A stretch of 64,000 nt of DNA, taken from assembly GCA_036004505.1 (NCBI GenBank), contig DASYRK010000033.1, forward strand, positions 52,184 through 116,183, in the 5' to 3' direction. The DNA comes from Steroidobacteraceae bacterium (lineage in GTDB: Bacteria; Pseudomonadota; Gammaproteobacteria; Steroidobacterales; Steroidobacteraceae). The translations under genes and the position numbers were made by a program. Positions 36,388-46,772 of this stretch are shown piece after piece. Under the pieces are notes generated by a model. The model made no database searches. It was not told the DNA's origin and saw only the letters and a program-made list of their open reading frames with translations. Numbering within the stretch: the stretch's first letter is position 1; each line of letters starts with the position of its first letter.

Positions 36388-37884
36388 ATGGCGCTCACGC
36401 CGTATCAACAGCTCGAGCAGGAGTTCAAGCGGCTGCATGCTTTCCGCAGCGCCGCCAGCATCCTGCGCTGGGATTCGGCCGTCATGATGCCGCGGGGCAG
36501 CTCCGACCTGCGGGGCGAGCAGCTCGCCGCGCTGGAGACCGAAAGCCATGCTCTGCTGACCTCACCGCGCGTATCGCGCCTGCTTGCCCGGGCCGAGGCG
36601 AACAGCGCCGGCCTCGAGGACTGGCAGAGCGCCAACCTGCGCGAGATGCGGCGCGAGCGCGAGCATGCGATCGCGACCCCGCACAACCTGGTGTCGCGGC
36701 TCGCCAAGGCGACGGCGCGCGCCGAGGTGAGGTGGGTCGAGGCGAAGCAGAAGAGCGACTTCGCGATCTTCGCCCCGCACCTCGAAGAGGTCGTGAACCT
36801 GATCCGCGACAAGGCGGGGCTCCTCGGCAAGGCGCTGAACCTCGACCCGTACGACGCGCTGGTCGACGAGTTCAGCCCGGGTATGACCAGCGCCGAGATC
36901 GACACCATCTTCACCACGCTCGGACGCCGCCTGCCCGGCCTGATCCAGGACGTGATCGACCTGCAGGCAAAGCGCCCGCCGCTGGAGATGAACGGGCGCT
37001 ACACGCCCTCCAAGCAGCGCCAGCTCGCGCTCGAGGTGATGAAGGCGGTCGGCTTCCCGTTCGACCGCGGCCGGCTCGATGAGAGCGAGCATCCGTTCAC
37101 CGGCGGCGTGCCCGGCGACATCCGCATCACGACGCGCTTCAGCGCGACCGATCCGCTCTCCGGGCTCATGGGCATCCTCCACGAGACCGGACACGCGATG
37201 TACGACGTCGGCCTGCCGGAGGCGTGGCGCGGCCAGCCGGTCGGCCGCGATCGCGGCATGGCGGTGCAGGAGAGCCAGTCGCTGCTGCTGGAGATGCTGA
37301 TCGGCCGCAACCGGCCGTTCCTGCGCTACCTCAAGCCGCACCTGGACAAGGCGTTCGGCGTGAGCGGCCCGGAATGGGAAGTGGAGAACGTGTACCGGCT
37401 GCTGATCCGCGTGCGTCGCAGCCTGATCCGCGTCGACGCCGACGAAGTCACGTATCCCGTGCACATCATGCTGCGCTACGAGATCGAGAACGAGATCCTC
37501 AAGGGCGAGCTCAAGGTGAAAGACCTGCCGGAGGCGTGGAACTCGCGCATCCAGGACCGGCTCGGCGTGCGACCGGCGAGCGACGCCGAAGGTTGCCTGC
37601 AGGACGTGCATTGGGCCGTCGGCTCGTTCGGCTATTTCCCCTCGTACGCGATCGGCGCCGTGATTGCAGGTCAGCTCTACGAGAGCCTGCGCGCCGACCG
37701 CCCGGAGCTCGACGACGAGATCGCGGCGGGCCAGTTCGCCGGCTTGTTCGACTGGCTGCGCCAGAACGTGCACGGCGTCGCCGCGACCGTCAGCACGCCC
37801 GAGCTGATTCGCAACGCCACCGGCAAGCCGCTCTCCGCGGCAGCTTGGCTGCGCTACATCGAAGGGAAATACCTGGAGGAGTAG
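36388..37884 (+). CDS. Carboxypeptidase, M32 (Taq-type) family
   Basis: GRLDESEHPF, ILHETGHAMY (HExxH), VQESQS, IRVDADEVTY, QDVHW, GYFPSY. Confidence 0.93.
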   Translation: MALTPYQQLEQEFKRLHAFRSAASILRWDSAVMMPRGSSDLRGEQLAALETESHALLTSPRVSRLLARAEANSAGLEDWQSANLREMRREREHAIATPHNLVSRLAKATARAEVRWVEAKQKSDFAIFAPHLEEVVNLIRDKAGLLGKALNLDPYDALVDEFSPGMTSAEIDTIFTTLGRRLPGLIQDVIDLQAKRPPLEMNGRYTPSKQRQLALEVMKAVGFPFDRGRLDESEHPFTGGVPGDIRITTRFSATDPLSGLMGILHETGHAMYDVGLPEAWRGQPVGRDRGMAVQESQSLLLEMLIGRNRPFLRYLKPHLDKAFGVSGPEWEVENVYRLLIRVRRSLIRVDADEVTYPVHIMLRYEIENEILKGELKVKDLPEAWNSRIQDRLGVRPASDAEGCLQDVHWAVGSFGYFPSYAIGAVIAGQLYESLRADRPELDDEIAAGQFAGLFDWLRQNVHGVAATVSTPELIRNATGKPLSAAAWLRYIEGKYLEE

Positions 37885-37952
37885 CGCCGCGGCTTGTCAG
37901 CTTTCCGCGCGGGATCCCGATTCTTTCAACGGATCCCTTGCGGTTAACTGGC

Positions 37953-39020
37953 ATGCACCCTCGTCGCGCGCTGTGGCGTCTTTTTCCGATCGATCGGTTC
38001 GATGACTTCGCGAGTGCCTGGGACCGCGTCAACGACGCCGCCACGGGACTGCCGTTTCTCACCTCGCTGTTCATGCGCAATTTGCTGCGCATATTTCGCA
38101 GCGGCAGCGAGCAGCTGGCGGTGCTGGGCGATCCCGGCGAAGAGCAGGCGCTCGGCATCGTGTGCCGCGGGCGTCTGGGCGCGTGGGAAACCTATCAGCC
38201 GTCGCAGCTGCCGCTCGGCGCGTGGGTCATGGGGCGCTCGCTGGATTGCGCGGCCGTCGCAAAGAGTCTGCTGCGCACGTTGCCGGGCGCGCCGTTGTTG
38301 CTGGCCCTGACGCGCCAGGATCCGTGGGTGCAGCCGCGGCCGAGCGATTCCGCGACGGTGCGCACGCTCGACTGGATCCAGACCGGCTGGGTCGAAGTCG
38401 AAGGGCCGTTCGACGACTACTGGAAGGCGCGCGGCAAACGTCTGCAGCAGAACATGCGGACCCAGCGCTCGAAGCTGAAATCGCAAGGCATCGTGCCGCT
38501 GCTGGAGGTACTGACGCGCCCGCAAGACGTCGCGGGCGCGATCGAGGACTACGGGCGACTCGAAGGCGCCGAATGGAAGGCCGCGCAGGGGACCGCCGTG
38601 CGCGCCGACAACGACCAGGGCCGGTTCTATCGCGCGATGCTGGAGGACTTCTGTCGCATCGATGCGGCGCGCATCTATCGCTATCGGTTCGGCGAGCGCG
38701 TGGTTGCCGTCGATCTGTGCATCGAATCCGGGAGCGTGCACGTGCCGCTCAAGACGACATACGACGAGAGCCTGCGCGGACTGTCGCCGTCCTCGCTGCT
38801 GCGCCAGGAAGCGTATCGACACGTCTTCGAACAGCGGCGCGTCCGCCGCATCGAGTTCTACGGCCGGATGGTGGAGTGGACCTGCCGCTGGACCGACCTG
38901 AAACGCACGCTCTATCACGTGAATTCCTACCGCTGGGGCTTCGTCGCAGCGGCCGCTGCGCGCCTGGCCGCCCTGCGCCGCGCGCGAACGCCAGAATCGC
39001 CGCCGGAGTCGCTAAACTAG
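37953..39020 (+). CDS. GNAT-family acetyltransferase (CelD/BcsL-like)
   Basis: C-terminal part of the 37224..39020 frame: [29 protein letters not shown]. Confidence 0.75.
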   Translation: MHPRRALWRLFPIDRFDDFASAWDRVNDAATGLPFLTSLFMRNLLRIFRSGSEQLAVLGDPGEEQALGIVCRGRLGAWETYQPSQLPLGAWVMGRSLDCAAVAKSLLRTLPGAPLLLALTRQDPWVQPRPSDSATVRTLDWIQTGWVEVEGPFDDYWKARGKRLQQNMRTQRSKLKSQGIVPLLEVLTRPQDVAGAIEDYGRLEGAEWKAAQGTAVRADNDQGRFYRAMLEDFCRIDAARIYRYRFGERVVAVDLCIESGSVHVPLKTTYDESLRGLSPSSLLRQEAYRHVFEQRRVRRIEFYGRMVEWTCRWTDLKRTLYHVNSYRWGFVAAAAARLAALRRARTPESPPESLN

Positions 39021-39025
39021 GGGGC

Positions 39026-39841
39026 ATGTCCGCCGTCCCCGAGCCCTCCAACAATTTCAAGCGCCTGCAGGCGCGGCTGCGCGGCCTCGTGGGCAAGGCG
39101 ATCGAAGACTTCCGCATGATCGAGGCGGGCGATCGCGTCATGGTTTGCCTGTCCGGCGGCAAGGATTCGTACACGCTGCTCGACATTCTCCTGTCGCTCC
39201 AGCGCAGCGCGCCGGTCGATTTCGAGCTGGTCGCGGTCAACCTCGATCAGAAGCAGCCCGGCTTTCCCGCGCACGTGCTGCCCGAGTATCTGCAGGCGCT
39301 CGGCGTGCCGTTTCACGTCATCGAGCAGGACACGTACAGCGTCGTGAGGCGCGTGATCCCCGCAGGCAAGACGATGTGCGGTCTGTGCTCGCGCCTGCGG
39401 CGCGGCGCGCTGTACCGCTACGCCAGCGAGCACGGCATCACCAAGATCGCGCTCGGCCATCACCGCGACGACATCGTCGAGACGCTGTTCCTCAACATGT
39501 TCTTCGGCGGCAAGCTCAAGGCGATGCCGCCGAAGCTGCGCTCCGCGGACGGCAAGCACATCGTCATCCGCCCGCTCGCCTACGTCGCGGAGCGCGACAT
39601 CGAGCGCTATGCGCGCGTCCGCGAATTTCCCCTGATTCCATGCTCGCTGTGCGGCTCGCAGCAGAACCTGCAGCGCATGGAGATCAAGAAAATGCTGCGC
39701 GCATGGGAGCAGCAGTATCCCGGCCGCACCGAGTCGATCTTCTCCAGCCTGCGCAACGTGGTCGCCTCGCATCTCGCCGACCCGCGCTCGGCCGACTTCG
39801 CAGCGGTCCCTGACGGCGAGCATGGAGATCCGCTGGCATGA
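39026..39841 (+). CDS. ttcA: tRNA 2-thiocytidine(32) synthetase
   Basis: [12 protein letters not shown]-loop, [21 protein letters not shown]. Confidence 0.95.
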   Translation: MSAVPEPSNNFKRLQARLRGLVGKAIEDFRMIEAGDRVMVCLSGGKDSYTLLDILLSLQRSAPVDFELVAVNLDQKQPGFPAHVLPEYLQALGVPFHVIEQDTYSVVRRVIPAGKTMCGLCSRLRRGALYRYASEHGITKIALGHHRDDIVETLFLNMFFGGKLKAMPPKLRSADGKHIVIRPLAYVAERDIERYARVREFPLIPCSLCGSQQNLQRMEIKKMLRAWEQQYPGRTESIFSSLRNVVASHLADPRSADFAAVPDGEHGDPLA

Positions 39842-40338
39842 GCGGCACCATCGTCTTCTCGCACGGGCTGGAGGGCGACCCGTGGGGCGCGAAGATCGTG
39901 GCGATGGCCGAGGTCGCCCGCGCGCACGGCCTGAGCGTCGAGTCGATCGACTACCGCGGCATGAACGATCCGGCTGCGCGCGTCCAGCGGATGCTCGAAG
40001 CGTGCAAGAGCCTGCCCGGCAAGCTCGTGCTCGTCGGCTCCAGCCTCGGCGCTCATGTCTGCATGACCGCGGCGAGCCAGTTGCCGGTGCGCGGTGTGTT
40101 CGTGCTGGCGCCCGCGTTCTTCATGCCCGGTTACGAGCAGTACACTCCGCAGCCGCCCGCCGGCTGCCCGGTGACGATCGTGCACGGCTGGAACGATACG
40201 GTCGTGCCGCCCGAGAACAGCGTGCGCTACGCCCGTGAGCACCGCACGACGCTGCACCTCATCGATTCCGATCACCGCCTGACGGCGAATATCGACGAGG
40301 TCTGCGAGTTCCTGGACCGTTTTCTGCGTAGACTGTAG
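39838..40338 (+). CDS. Small alpha/beta hydrolase (YqiA/YcfP-like)
   Basis: [24 protein letters not shown]. Confidence 0.82.
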   Translation: MSGTIVFSHGLEGDPWGAKIVAMAEVARAHGLSVESIDYRGMNDPAARVQRMLEACKSLPGKLVLVGSSLGAHVCMTAASQLPVRGVFVLAPAFFMPGYEQYTPQPPAGCPVTIVHGWNDTVVPPENSVRYAREHRTTLHLIDSDHRLTANIDEVCEFLDRFLRRL

Positions 40339-40361
40339 CCACAAGCACAGAAGGAGCCGCC

Positions 40362-40577
40362 ATGCTCACTGGGATCCTGCGGGTCGGTTCGGCATCGGTT
40401 GCGTGTCTGTTGCTGGCTGCGTGCGGCTCCGCGGACAAGCCACCGCCGCCGGTCGAAGAAACGGTGTTTCGCGACGTGGCCGTGACGCCGATCGAAAAGG
40501 CGAAGAACGTCCAGAACGTGGTCGACGAGCAGAAGCGCGCCACTGATCGAGCCGTCCAGCAGCAGGCCGACCAATAG
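40362..40577 (+). CDS. Small lipoprotein, unknown function
   Basis: LLLAAC lipobox, AGGAG SD, coiled-coil-like tail. Confidence 0.65.
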   Translation: MLTGILRVGSASVACLLLAACGSADKPPPPVEETVFRDVAVTPIEKAKNVQNVVDEQKRATDRAVQQQADQ

Positions 40578-40595
40578 CCCGCTGCACTCGCCGGC

Positions 40596-43052
40596 ATGGC
40601 TGAACTGTCCGGGCTCGATCGCTTGTGGCTGGGGCTGCTGCGCGCGCCGCTTTCGTGGTGGGCGCGGCCGCACGTGCTGCCCGACGATCTGCGGCGGCGC
40701 TATGCGCAGCACGACCGCCCGATCTGCTACGTCCTCGACGTACTCGGCGTCGCCGACCTGGTCGCGCTCGAGAAGGTGTGCGCGCAGCATGGGCTGCCGG
40801 AGCCGCTCGATGGTCTGAAGCCGCCGCTGCCCGCACGCTCGGTGCTGTTTCTCGAGCGCCGCACCGGCTTCTGGGGCGACCGGATCGATCACCGCATCTC
40901 CACGCCGCTGCGTCAGCTCGTGGCCGCAGCGGCGGGCGACCGCGCGCTCGAAGTCGATCTCATTCCGGTGACCGTGATGTGGGGCCGCGCGCCGGACCGC
41001 GAAGGCTCGTGGATGCGCGTCCTGCTGTCGGAGAACTGGGAGCGGGTCGGACGCTTTCGCCGCTTTCTTTCCGTCGTGGTCAACGGCCGCAACCTGTTCG
41101 TGCAGTTCGGCGATCCGGTTTCGTTGCGCGCAGCACTGGATGACGGCGCCGACGCCGCGCGCGCGGTGCGTCGTCTCACGCGCACGCTGCGAGTTGCACT
41201 GGCGCGGCAACGTGCGGCCGCGATCGGCCCGGACCTTTCGCATCGCCGAACCATCGTCACGCAGGTGCTGCGCGCGGGCGCGGTGCGCCGCGCGATGGCC
41301 GACGAGATGCGCTCGAAGAAAGTCTCGCGACGCGAGGCGCTGCGGCTCGGGCAGGACTACGCCGCGGAGATCGCGGCGAACTACTCGCACGTCTTCGTCG
41401 CGATCATGGCGCGCATGCTCACCTGGTTCTGGACGCGTCTGTACGACGGCGTCGAGCTGCATCACTTCGATCAATTGCAGAAGCTCGCGGACGGCAACGA
41501 AATCGTCTACGTGCCGTGTCACCGCAGTCACATCGACTACCTGCTGCTGTCCTATGCGATCTACTACAAGGGTTATGCCGTGCCGCACGTCGCCGCCGGC
41601 GTCAACCTCAACATGCCGGTGCTCGGCCGCTTCATCCGCAAGGGCGGCGCCTTCTACATCCGCCGCAGCTTCAAGGGCAACACGCTGTACACGATGGTGT
41701 TCATGAAGTACCTCGGGCTGATGATGGCGCGCGGTCACTCGATCGAGTTCTTCATCGAGGGCGGCCGCAGCCGCACCGGGCGGCTGTTGCAGCCGAAGAC
41801 CGGCATGCTGTCGATGACCCTGCGCAGCTATTTGCGCGATCCGCGCCGTCCGGTCGTGTTCCTGCCCGTGTACTTCGGCTACGAGCGGCTGGTCGAAGGC
41901 AAGACCTACATCGGCGAGCTGTCGGGCAAGGCGAAGGAAAAGGATTCGGTGTTCACCCTGCTGCGCACGCTGCCGGCGCTGCGGCAGAAGTTCGGCAAAG
42001 TGCACGTGAGCTTCGGCGCAGCCGTGCGCCTCGACGACATCCTGCGCAAGCACGCTCCGGACTGGCAGCCGTCGCAGGGCGAGAAGGACGATCGTCCGCC
42101 GTGGCTCGCGCCCGCCGTCGACGACCTCGCGGCGCGCATCATGACGAACATCAACAGCGCCGCGTGCGTCGCGCCGATGAACCTGATCGCGCTGGCGCTG
42201 CTGGCGACGCCGAAACAATCGATGCTCGAGACGGATCTCGTTCGGCAGCTGGAGCTGTACGCGTCGTTGTTGCGGCAGGCGCCGTATTCCTCGCAGGTGT
42301 GGATCACGGACGCCGATGGTCTGTCGATCGTGCGCCATGGCGAGCGCATGGGCGTTCTGCAGCGGCACCAGCACCCGCTCGGCGACGTGCTGCAGATGAC
42401 GGAAGAGAACTCGGTCCTCCTGACCTACTTCCGCAACAACGTCCTGCACCTGATGGCGTTGCCGTCGCTGGTCGCGTGCTGCTTCCTCAACAACCGCACG
42501 ATGCGCACCGAGGACGTCCAGCGCCTGATGTGGCGCATCTATCCCTACATGTACGACGAGCTGTTCCTGCGCTGGCGCGAGGACGAAGTCTCCGCCGCGG
42601 TGATGGAGACGCTCGACGACATGGCCAATCACGGGCTGCTCGAGTCCGTCGACGGCGGCACGCAATGGCGGCGGCCGCCGACCGGCTCGACCGAAGCGGT
42701 GCAGTTGTCGGTGCTCGCGCACGTGACAGTCCCGATCATCGAGCGCTACTACCTGGTGATCGCGGTGCTGCTGAAGTCTGGCAGCGGCCGCATCAGCCAG
42801 GACGTGCTCGAATCGCAGTGCCAGCTGATGGCGCAGCGCATGTCGTTGCTGTACGAGCTGAACTCGCCGGAGTTCTTCGACAAGGCGCTGTTCAAGAATT
42901 TCATCGATCTGTTGCGCGCCCGCAATGTACTGGGCGTGAGCGCCGAAGGGCGGCTCACGTACACGGACATGCTGCCCGCCGTCGCCGACGACGCGCAGCT
43001 GGTGCTGCACGAACAGATCCGCAACAGCGTGCTGCAAGTCACGCACCGTTGA
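40596..43052 (+). CDS. plsB: Glycerol-3-phosphate 1-O-acyltransferase
   Basis: CHRSHIDY, GAFYIRR, FIEGGRSRTG, YERLVEG; 818 aa. Confidence 0.95.
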   Translation: MAELSGLDRLWLGLLRAPLSWWARPHVLPDDLRRRYAQHDRPICYVLDVLGVADLVALEKVCAQHGLPEPLDGLKPPLPARSVLFLERRTGFWGDRIDHRISTPLRQLVAAAAGDRALEVDLIPVTVMWGRAPDREGSWMRVLLSENWERVGRFRRFLSVVVNGRNLFVQFGDPVSLRAALDDGADAARAVRRLTRTLRVALARQRAAAIGPDLSHRRTIVTQVLRAGAVRRAMADEMRSKKVSRREALRLGQDYAAEIAANYSHVFVAIMARMLTWFWTRLYDGVELHHFDQLQKLADGNEIVYVPCHRSHIDYLLLSYAIYYKGYAVPHVAAGVNLNMPVLGRFIRKGGAFYIRRSFKGNTLYTMVFMKYLGLMMARGHSIEFFIEGGRSRTGRLLQPKTGMLSMTLRSYLRDPRRPVVFLPVYFGYERLVEGKTYIGELSGKAKEKDSVFTLLRTLPALRQKFGKVHVSFGAAVRLDDILRKHAPDWQPSQGEKDDRPPWLAPAVDDLAARIMTNINSAACVAPMNLIALALLATPKQSMLETDLVRQLELYASLLRQAPYSSQVWITDADGLSIVRHGERMGVLQRHQHPLGDVLQMTEENSVLLTYFRNNVLHLMALPSLVACCFLNNRTMRTEDVQRLMWRIYPYMYDELFLRWREDEVSAAVMETLDDMANHGLLESVDGGTQWRRPPTGSTEAVQLSVLAHVTVPIIERYYLVIAVLLKSGSGRISQDVLESQCQLMAQRMSLLYELNSPEFFDKALFKNFIDLLRARNVLGVSAEGRLTYTDMLPAVADDAQLVLHEQIRNSVLQVTHR

Positions 43053-43060
43053 GGCATTTC

Positions 43061-44239
43061 ATGACTTCCATTCGCCTGCTTGCAGTCGCGACGCTGCTCG
43101 CGGCTGGTCACGCCGCGCACGCCGAATACATTCTTTCGGTGCCGGAAGGCGTGGCGCGTGCCGGAGCGCCGCTGCGCGCAGATCTCACGATTCTCAACGA
43201 CAGCGATGCACCGCTGCGCGTGGAGTTGCCGGCGCCGTTGCGTGCGCGCCTGGAGACGTCGAAGGCTGCGATGAACTTCGAGCTCGCGCCCGATCGCAGC
43301 GGCACGGTCGAGATTGCGGCGCGCCAGTTCCTGAAGGTCGCATTGCGCGGCGATGTGCCGGAGGCTGCAGCGGAAACGGCAACGCTGACGCTGACGGGTT
43401 TCGAGACCAATCGCGTCGCTGTACCGATCGCGCCACGCGACACGTCATCGAACGCTGCGTGGAACGCGCCCACGCCTGCGGCTCGGCAGACCGGCACCGC
43501 GCTCATCGACAAGCCGCCGCCGCTCGCAGTGTCGGTGTACGAGCCCGTGTACTTCGTCGTCGGCGGCGACGGCGGATTGAATGCGAGATTCCAGATCAGC
43601 CTGCGCTTCCGGCTGTTCGACGATCACGGGCGCCTGGCGCGACGCCTGCCGTGGATCGATGATCTGTACCTGTCGTTCTCGCAGACCGCGCTGTGGGATC
43701 TCGGCGAGCTGTCCAAGCCGTTCAAGGATTCCAGCTACCGGCCGCGGCTGTTCTATGCGAACTACGATCTGGCGCGCTACTTCGACGGCAACCTGCGCTT
43801 CGGCGTCGAGAGCGGTATCGGCCACGAGTCGAACGGCAAGGAAGGCGACGACTCGCGCAGCTACAACATGCTGTACGCGCGGCCGACGCTCACGCTCGGC
43901 GATCCCGACGGCTTCCGCGCGTACTTCGCGCCGCTCGTCCACAACTACATCGCCGCGAGCGACAACCCGGACATCGCCGACTATCGCGGCTACGTCGACT
44001 GGCTGTTCGGCGTCGGCAGCAAGGGCGGGCTCGACTTCTGGGGCGTACTGCGCAAGGGCACGCGCAGCGACTACGGCAGCGTAGAGCTCAACGCTTCATA
44101 TCCGCTGTCGAAGCTGAGCGGCGGCGATCTGACCGGCTGGCTGATGCTGCAGTACTTCAACGGCTACGGCGAGAGCCTGCTCGACTACAACCGCAAGCTG
44201 GACTCGCAGCTGCGGCTGGGTATTGCGATCGCGCTCTAG
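43061..44239 (+). CDS. pldA: Outer-membrane phospholipase A with N-terminal extension
   Basis: YEPVYF, FQISLRF, SFSQTALW, GHESNG..SRSYN, QYFNGYGESLLDYN; signal peptide. Confidence 0.88.
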   Translation: MTSIRLLAVATLLAAGHAAHAEYILSVPEGVARAGAPLRADLTILNDSDAPLRVELPAPLRARLETSKAAMNFELAPDRSGTVEIAARQFLKVALRGDVPEAAAETATLTLTGFETNRVAVPIAPRDTSSNAAWNAPTPAARQTGTALIDKPPPLAVSVYEPVYFVVGGDGGLNARFQISLRFRLFDDHGRLARRLPWIDDLYLSFSQTALWDLGELSKPFKDSSYRPRLFYANYDLARYFDGNLRFGVESGIGHESNGKEGDDSRSYNMLYARPTLTLGDPDGFRAYFAPLVHNYIAASDNPDIADYRGYVDWLFGVGSKGGLDFWGVLRKGTRSDYGSVELNASYPLSKLSGGDLTGWLMLQYFNGYGESLLDYNRKLDSQLRLGIAIAL

Positions 44240-44646
44240 TCGAAATCTTTGACGGAGCCGCGGGTGCGCTTGACCCGGCCGCGTTGCTGCTTGCTTTCGA
44301 GCCGCCGCTGTTTCGAGGCGCGCGTCGGTTTCGTCGCGCGGCGGATCTTCGGCTCGATGCTCGCCTGGTCGACGAGCTCCGACAACCGTTCCATCGCGTC
44401 ACGCCGGTTATGCTCCTGCGTACGCAAGCGTTGCGCCGTGATGACGATGACGTCGTCGTCGGTGACGCGACGGCCGGCGAGCGTGCGCAAACGTTGCTTC
44501 ACGCGCTCGGGCAGCCCGGGCCAGAGCTTGAGGTCGCAGCGCAGCTGCACGGCGCTCGCGACCTTGTTGACGTTCTGCCCGCCGGGCCCGCTGGAGCGGA
44601 TGAAGCGCAGCTCGATTGCTGCGTCGGGAATCTGCACCACGCTCAC
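44236..44646 (-). CDS. arfB: Alternative ribosome rescue peptidyl-tRNA hydrolase
   Basis: RSSGPGGQNVNKV, RTQEHNR and a basic tail (RRATKPTRASKQRRLESK). GTG start is coupled to the mscS stop. Confidence 0.93.
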   Translation of the reverse strand: MSVVQIPDAAIELRFIRSSGPGGQNVNKVASAVQLRCDLKLWPGLPERVKQRLRTLAGRRVTDDDVIVITAQRLRTQEHNRRDAMERLSELVDQASIEPKIRRATKPTRASKQRRLESKQQRGRVKRTRGSVKDFD

Positions 44647-45959
44647 ACGTCGCGCGCGATCGGACCGCGATCGCTCATGTGCACGGAGATCTCGTGCTGC
44701 GCGACCGGGATCGTGATGCCGTTCTCCTGGAACAGACGCCAGATCGCGCGGTTCACGTCGGAGCGCACGTTGTTGACGCCTTCCTGCGGATCGGAGATCC
44801 AGAAGCGCAGCTCCAGGTCGAAGCCGGAATCGTTGAAACCCATCATGCGCGACACCGGCGCCGGATCGCGCAGGATGCGCGACTGGCCTTCCGCAGCCTT
44901 GATCAGCACTGCGAGCGCTTTCTCCGGATCGCACTTGTAGCTGACGCGGACCGGGAGCTTCAGGCGCACGCGCGGGTCGGTGTAGCTCCAGTTGATGACC
45001 GGGTTGGTGATCAGGTGCTGGTTCGGCACCAGCGTCTCGACGCCGTCGCGATCGCGCACGACGACGTAGCGGCCGCGCAGCTCCTGCACCCAGCCGAACC
45101 CTTCGGTCGTCGTGCCGGTCGTGCCGGTGAAGCTGATCACGTCGCCCGGCTTGATCGAGCGGTCCATCAGCAGCACGAAGCCGCTGACGAAATTCGCCGC
45201 GATCGCCTGCAGGCCGAAGCCGAGGCCGATGCCGATCGCGCCGGTGAGCACGTTGAGCGTCGTGAGGTCGAGGCCCGAGGCGTTGAGCCCGAGCAGGATC
45301 GACAGGCCGACCAGGAACGCCTGCGCGAACTTGGCGATGCCGATGCGCATCGACAGCGCCAGTCCCTGCATCGCCATCAGCCGCCGCTCGGCCCAGCGCG
45401 CGATCCAGATCGCGACCAGGATGAACGCGCCGACCGTGAACAGGATCTTCAGCACCGACCACAGCGTGATCTTGCCCTTGCCGGCGCTGATGCCGACGCT
45501 GTCGAGCGCCTGCACCAGCGGATCGAACCAGCCGAGCACGTGCAGCGCGAACACGCTCCAGACGACCAGCGTGATCGTGTCGCCCCAGCCCTTGGTGCGG
45601 TTGCCGAGCGAGACGCGCACGATGTAGACGCCGAGGCGGATCAGCAGCATCAGCCCGGCGAGCGTGATCGCGATGTCGACCAGGTGACTCTCGGCTTTGA
45701 TCGCGTGCAGCACGCCGCCGATCGCGGCGACCATCACCAGCGCGGCGATGTGCGGAGTGACGATCAGCACCGCCTCGGTGATGCGGGCCCGGAAGCCGCG
45801 CTGCACGATCGCCGCCCGGGCGCGCTCGGTGCCGCGCACCATCCGGCCGAACCACATCGCCAGCAGGATCGCGCCCAGGATGAAGGCGAGCTGCAGGAGC
45901 GATGAGGGGGTGAGCAGCGCCTCGAGCTGGCGGCCCGCGTTTCGCAGCAGTTCCTGCAT
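44643..45959 (-). CDS. Small-conductance mechanosensitive channel family protein
   Basis: Multiple TM helices, GIGLGFGLQAIAANFVSG, SIKPGD, LVPN, VINWS. Confidence 0.9.
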   Translation of the reverse strand: MQELLRNAGRQLEALLTPSSLLQLAFILGAILLAMWFGRMVRGTERARAAIVQRGFRARITEAVLIVTPHIAALVMVAAIGGVLHAIKAESHLVDIAITLAGLMLLIRLGVYIVRVSLGNRTKGWGDTITLVVWSVFALHVLGWFDPLVQALDSVGISAGKGKITLWSVLKILFTVGAFILVAIWIARWAERRLMAMQGLALSMRIGIAKFAQAFLVGLSILLGLNASGLDLTTLNVLTGAIGIGLGFGLQAIAANFVSGFVLLMDRSIKPGDVISFTGTTGTTTEGFGWVQELRGRYVVVRDRDGVETLVPNQHLITNPVINWSYTDPRVRLKLPVRVSYKCDPEKALAVLIKAAEGQSRILRDPAPVSRMMGFNDSGFDLELRFWISDPQEGVNNVRSDVNRAIWRLFQENGITIPVAQHEISVHMSDRGPIARDV

Positions 45960-45981
45960 CGTGTTCGGTCGCGTCGGTCGT

Positions 45982-46206
45982 TTATGCGTTGAGGTCGGGG
46001 ATCAGCTCGCTCTCGAGCCGCGCGATCTGATCCTTCAACATCAACTTGCGTTTCTTCAGGCGCCGCAGCTGCACTTCGTTGACGTACAGGTCCATCTGCA
46101 ACCGGTTGATGACGTCATCCAGGTCGCGATGCTCGATGCGCAGCTCCCGCAGGCGCTCCAGCCTCCGGAACGTCTCGGTCTCGACCTTGTTTTCCGATTC
46201 GGTCAT
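45982..46206 (-). CDS. DUF465 (YdcH-like) protein
   Basis: LRIEHRDLDDVI..LRRLKKRKLMLKDQI..IPDLNA. Confidence 0.88.
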   Translation of the reverse strand: MTESENKVETETFRRLERLRELRIEHRDLDDVINRLQMDLYVNEVQLRRLKKRKLMLKDQIARLESELIPDLNA

Positions 46207-46247
46207 CGCCGGGTACTTTACGCAACATACGCATGCCTTGCGACCCC

Positions 46248-46712
46248 TCAGTGGCGTTCGTCGTCGGGTCCGGACGGCGGTTGCGGCACGATATTTTGCC
46301 GCTCGCGCCAGTCGCGCAGGTCGAGCACGTTGTTGCCCCCGGGAAGCGCATCGCTGTGCGGCGCGAGCGGCTCCGTCCGGACCAGAGCGGCGTCTGCCTG
46401 CGTCTCGCCGGGCGCATAGCCGACCGTCTCGACCCGACGTCCGGTCAGCAGCACGAAGCCCTGGCGACGCTCGATGCTCGTCGCGGTGTAGTCGAACACG
46501 TAGGTGCGGCGGATTTTCAGCCAGCCGGCTTCGCGGACCAGCGCGACCCGGGCGAACGCCACGGTGCCGTCGAGGAATTGCAGGCCGAGGCGGCGGCACG
46601 CATCCATCGCGGCCGCATTGGCGCTCTCGCGTGCGGCCAGGCTGTCCTGCCAGAACCACAGGACGGCCGCCGCCAGAATCAGCATCGTCAGCAAACCCCA
46701 GCCCAGCTGCAT
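46248..46712 (-). CDS. DUF3301-family membrane-anchored protein
   Basis: N-terminal TM, ACRRLGLQFLDGTVA, RRTYVFDY. Confidence 0.82.
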   Translation of the reverse strand: MQLGWGLLTMLILAAAVLWFWQDSLAARESANAAAMDACRRLGLQFLDGTVAFARVALVREAGWLKIRRTYVFDYTATSIERRQGFVLLTGRRVETVGYAPGETQADAALVRTEPLAPHSDALPGGNNVLDLRDWRERQNIVPQPPSGPDDERH

Positions 46713-46772
46713 GCGGAACCTCCGGTGACCGTATGATACGGCGCAACGTCAGCGAAGACTTCGGACCGATCC

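Noticed and set aside
40272-43046. Very long alternative-frame ORFs (e.g. 40272..43046-, 10189..12579+, 7452..9302-, 51398..53155-, 5' part of 19190..21775+)
   Set aside because: They are antisense or frame shadows of well-supported genes, Arg/Ala-rich and motif-free, as expected in high-GC DNA with few stop codons.
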